From Syntrophales bacterium (GTDB lineage: Bacteria > Desulfobacterota > Syntrophia > Syntrophales > UBA4778), in NCBI GenBank assembly GCA_963665615.2, contig CAXXQE010000008.1, positions 1 through 64,000 of the forward strand: a stretch of 64,000 nucleotides of DNA, read 5' to 3'. The position numbers were made by a program, and so were the translations under genes. Position 1 is the stretch's first letter. Each line of letters begins with the position of its first letter. The notes beneath the pieces are model-generated. The model did not search any database and was not told where the DNA came from. It saw only the letters and a list, made by a program, of their open reading frames with translations. Positions 62,310-64,000 of this stretch are shown one piece after another.

Positions 62310-63284
62310 TTGTTGCGCTACTTGACACGTCGTCTGCTCATCATGATTCCACTGTTCATTGGAATCACGATGATCTGTTTCGCCGTAATCCACTTGGCGC
62401 CGGGCTCTCCGACAGACCTGCAGACGCAGATGAATCCAAAAGCATCCGCGGAGTTGAAGGAACGGCTACGGGCCATGTACGATCTGGATAAGCCCCTACA
62501 CGTCCAGTACGTCATCTGGATGAAAAAACTTCTCAAGCTGGATCTGGGGACCTCCTTCTCACCGGACATGCGGCCGGTCACCGAAAAAATCTTGGAGCGC
62601 CTTCCGATCACGATCCTTCTAAACGTCCTGGCAATGGGGCTTATCATTGTCATCGCGATTCCACTGGGCGTATTGTCAGCCGTTTATCGCAATTCCTTCT
62701 TCGACAAATTCGCGACGGTGCTGGTCTTCACGGGTTTTTCCATCCCGACCTTCTGGCTGGCTCTGCTTGCCATGATTTTCTTTGGGATCTATCTTGACTG
62801 GCTCCCGATCTCCGGCATCCGATCCCTAAACCATGAATACCTCCCACCTGCGCAGGCCGCGACGGATCTGGCCAGGCACCTGATCCTTCCGGTCCTTCTG
62901 GCTGCCTTCGGAGGCCTTGCAGCGTATTCCCGATACATGCGATCCAATATGCTGGAGGTCATTCGTCAGGACTACATCGTGACGGCACGGGCCAAGGGGC
63001 TGAGCGAGCGGGTCGTCATTTTCAAACACGCCTTACGCAATGCCCTGCTGCCGCTCATTACGCTGTTGGGCCTCTCGGTTCCCGGCTTGATCGGTGGAAG
63101 TGTCATCTTCGAAACAATCTTTGCCGTTCCGGGAATGGGGCAACTTTTCTATCAGTCTGTCATGTCAAGGGATTATCCGGTTATCATGGGCATCCTCGTG
63201 ATCGGCGCCCTCCTGACTCTGCTCGGAAATCTCATTGCCGACGTGTCTTACGGGCTGGCCGATCCCAGGGTGCGCATCTCATAA
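62310..63284 (+). CDS. Peptide/nickel ABC transporter permease (DppB/OppB type)
   Basis: [36 protein letters not shown] before TTG. Confidence 0.92.
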   Translation: MLRYLTRRLLIMIPLFIGITMICFAVIHLAPGSPTDLQTQMNPKASAELKERLRAMYDLDKPLHVQYVIWMKKLLKLDLGTSFSPDMRPVTEKILERLPITILLNVLAMGLIIVIAIPLGVLSAVYRNSFFDKFATVLVFTGFSIPTFWLALLAMIFFGIYLDWLPISGIRSLNHEYLPPAQAATDLARHLILPVLLAAFGGLAAYSRYMRSNMLEVIRQDYIVTARAKGLSERVVIFKHALRNALLPLITLLGLSVPGLIGGSVIFETIFAVPGMGQLFYQSVMSRDYPVIMGILVIGALLTLLGNLIADVSYGLADPRVRIS

Positions 63285-63293
63285 GGACGCATT

Positions 63294-64000
63294 ATGGACA
63301 CTTTGCAAAGTGACTTCATTCATCGTTTTCGTCGTAACCGGATGGCCCTTACCGGCAGCATGATCGTGTCGTTTCTCTTTTTAATGGCCCTTTTCGCACC
63401 GTGGATTACGCCTCAAGAACCCACGACAATCAATATTCACCTCATCTTGGCCCCCCCTTCGTTCGAACACCTCTTCGGCACCGATCAACTGGGGCGCGAT
63501 GTCTTCAGCCGGATCATCTGGGGATCAAGAATCTCGCTGCTGGTCGGCTTCATCTCTACCTGCATTGCGATTCTGATCGGGATCGTTCTGGGCGCCGTTG
63601 CCGGCTACTATGGCAAGTGGATTGATATCTTGATCATGCGTTTCGTGGACATCATGCTGTGTTTCCCGACCTTCTTCCTGATCCTAGCCGTCATCGCCTT
63701 TTTGGAACCCTCGATTTGGAACATTATGATCGTCATTGGCCTGACCAGTTGGATGGGGGTCGCCCGTCTGGTGCGCGCCGACTTCATGACGCTGAAGGAA
63801 AGAGACTTCGTTCAGGCGGCCCGAGTGATCGGCGCCAGCGATTTCCGGGTCATCTTTCGGCACATCCTTCCCAACGCCATGGCCTCCGTCCTTGTAACGG
63901 CCACTCTGGGAATCGCCGGGGCGATCCTCACCGAGTCGGCCCTGAGCTTTCTGGGCATCGGCGTCCAGCCCCCCATGGCCAGCTGGGGAAACATCCTGAC
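63294..64000 (+). CDS. Peptide/nickel ABC transporter permease (DppC/OppC type), 3' partial
   Basis: FGTDQLGRDVFSRIIWGSRISL, RHILPN, ESALSFLGIG; runs off the window. Confidence 0.92.
   Translation, partial: MDTLQSDFIHRFRRNRMALTGSMIVSFLFLMALFAPWITPQEPTTINIHLILAPPSFEHLFGTDQLGRDVFSRIIWGSRISLLVGFISTCIAILIGIVLGAVAGYYGKWIDILIMRFVDIMLCFPTFFLILAVIAFLEPSIWNIMIVIGLTSWMGVARLVRADFMTLKERDFVQAARVIGASDFRVIFRHILPNAMASVLVTATLGIAGAILTESALSFLGIGVQPPMASWGNIL

Overview
Chromosomal window from a GC-rich anaerobic bacterium; gene content suggests a deltaproteobacterium (Desulfobacterota, Syntrophales-like), which is inference only. Housekeeping genes include recB (partial), recD, ptsP-yggS-maf, three hsp20 genes, dnaJ, purC, rsmB-fmt-priA, dksA, comF, rsfS, ugd, a dpp-type permease pair and tRNA-Arg(ACG). 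An 11-gene sulfur/Fe-S cluster (Rrf2-iscS-mnmA-nadA-fdhD-metY-cysK-metX-metW-nifU-nifS) carries three +1 frameshifts. Signalling genes include FIST plus a sensorless hybrid kinase, HEAT plus HD-GYP, PAS kinase plus diguanylate cyclase, and a chemoreceptor with a C-terminal Cache domain. There are two AT-richer islets, each with a decayed integron attC-like site, and an 833-aa protein I cannot assign. The least explained signal is non-coding: at least three dispersed structured repeat families, including a ~122-bp covarying palindrome placed right after stop codons and heptamer arrays tied to a GCGGC-N4-GCCGC hairpin. There are also nested MITEs (one with a 6-bp target duplication), an attenuator-like leader, and an orphan promoter-boxA-terminator unit. 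No CRISPR array, rRNA gene, transposase or integrase was seen.
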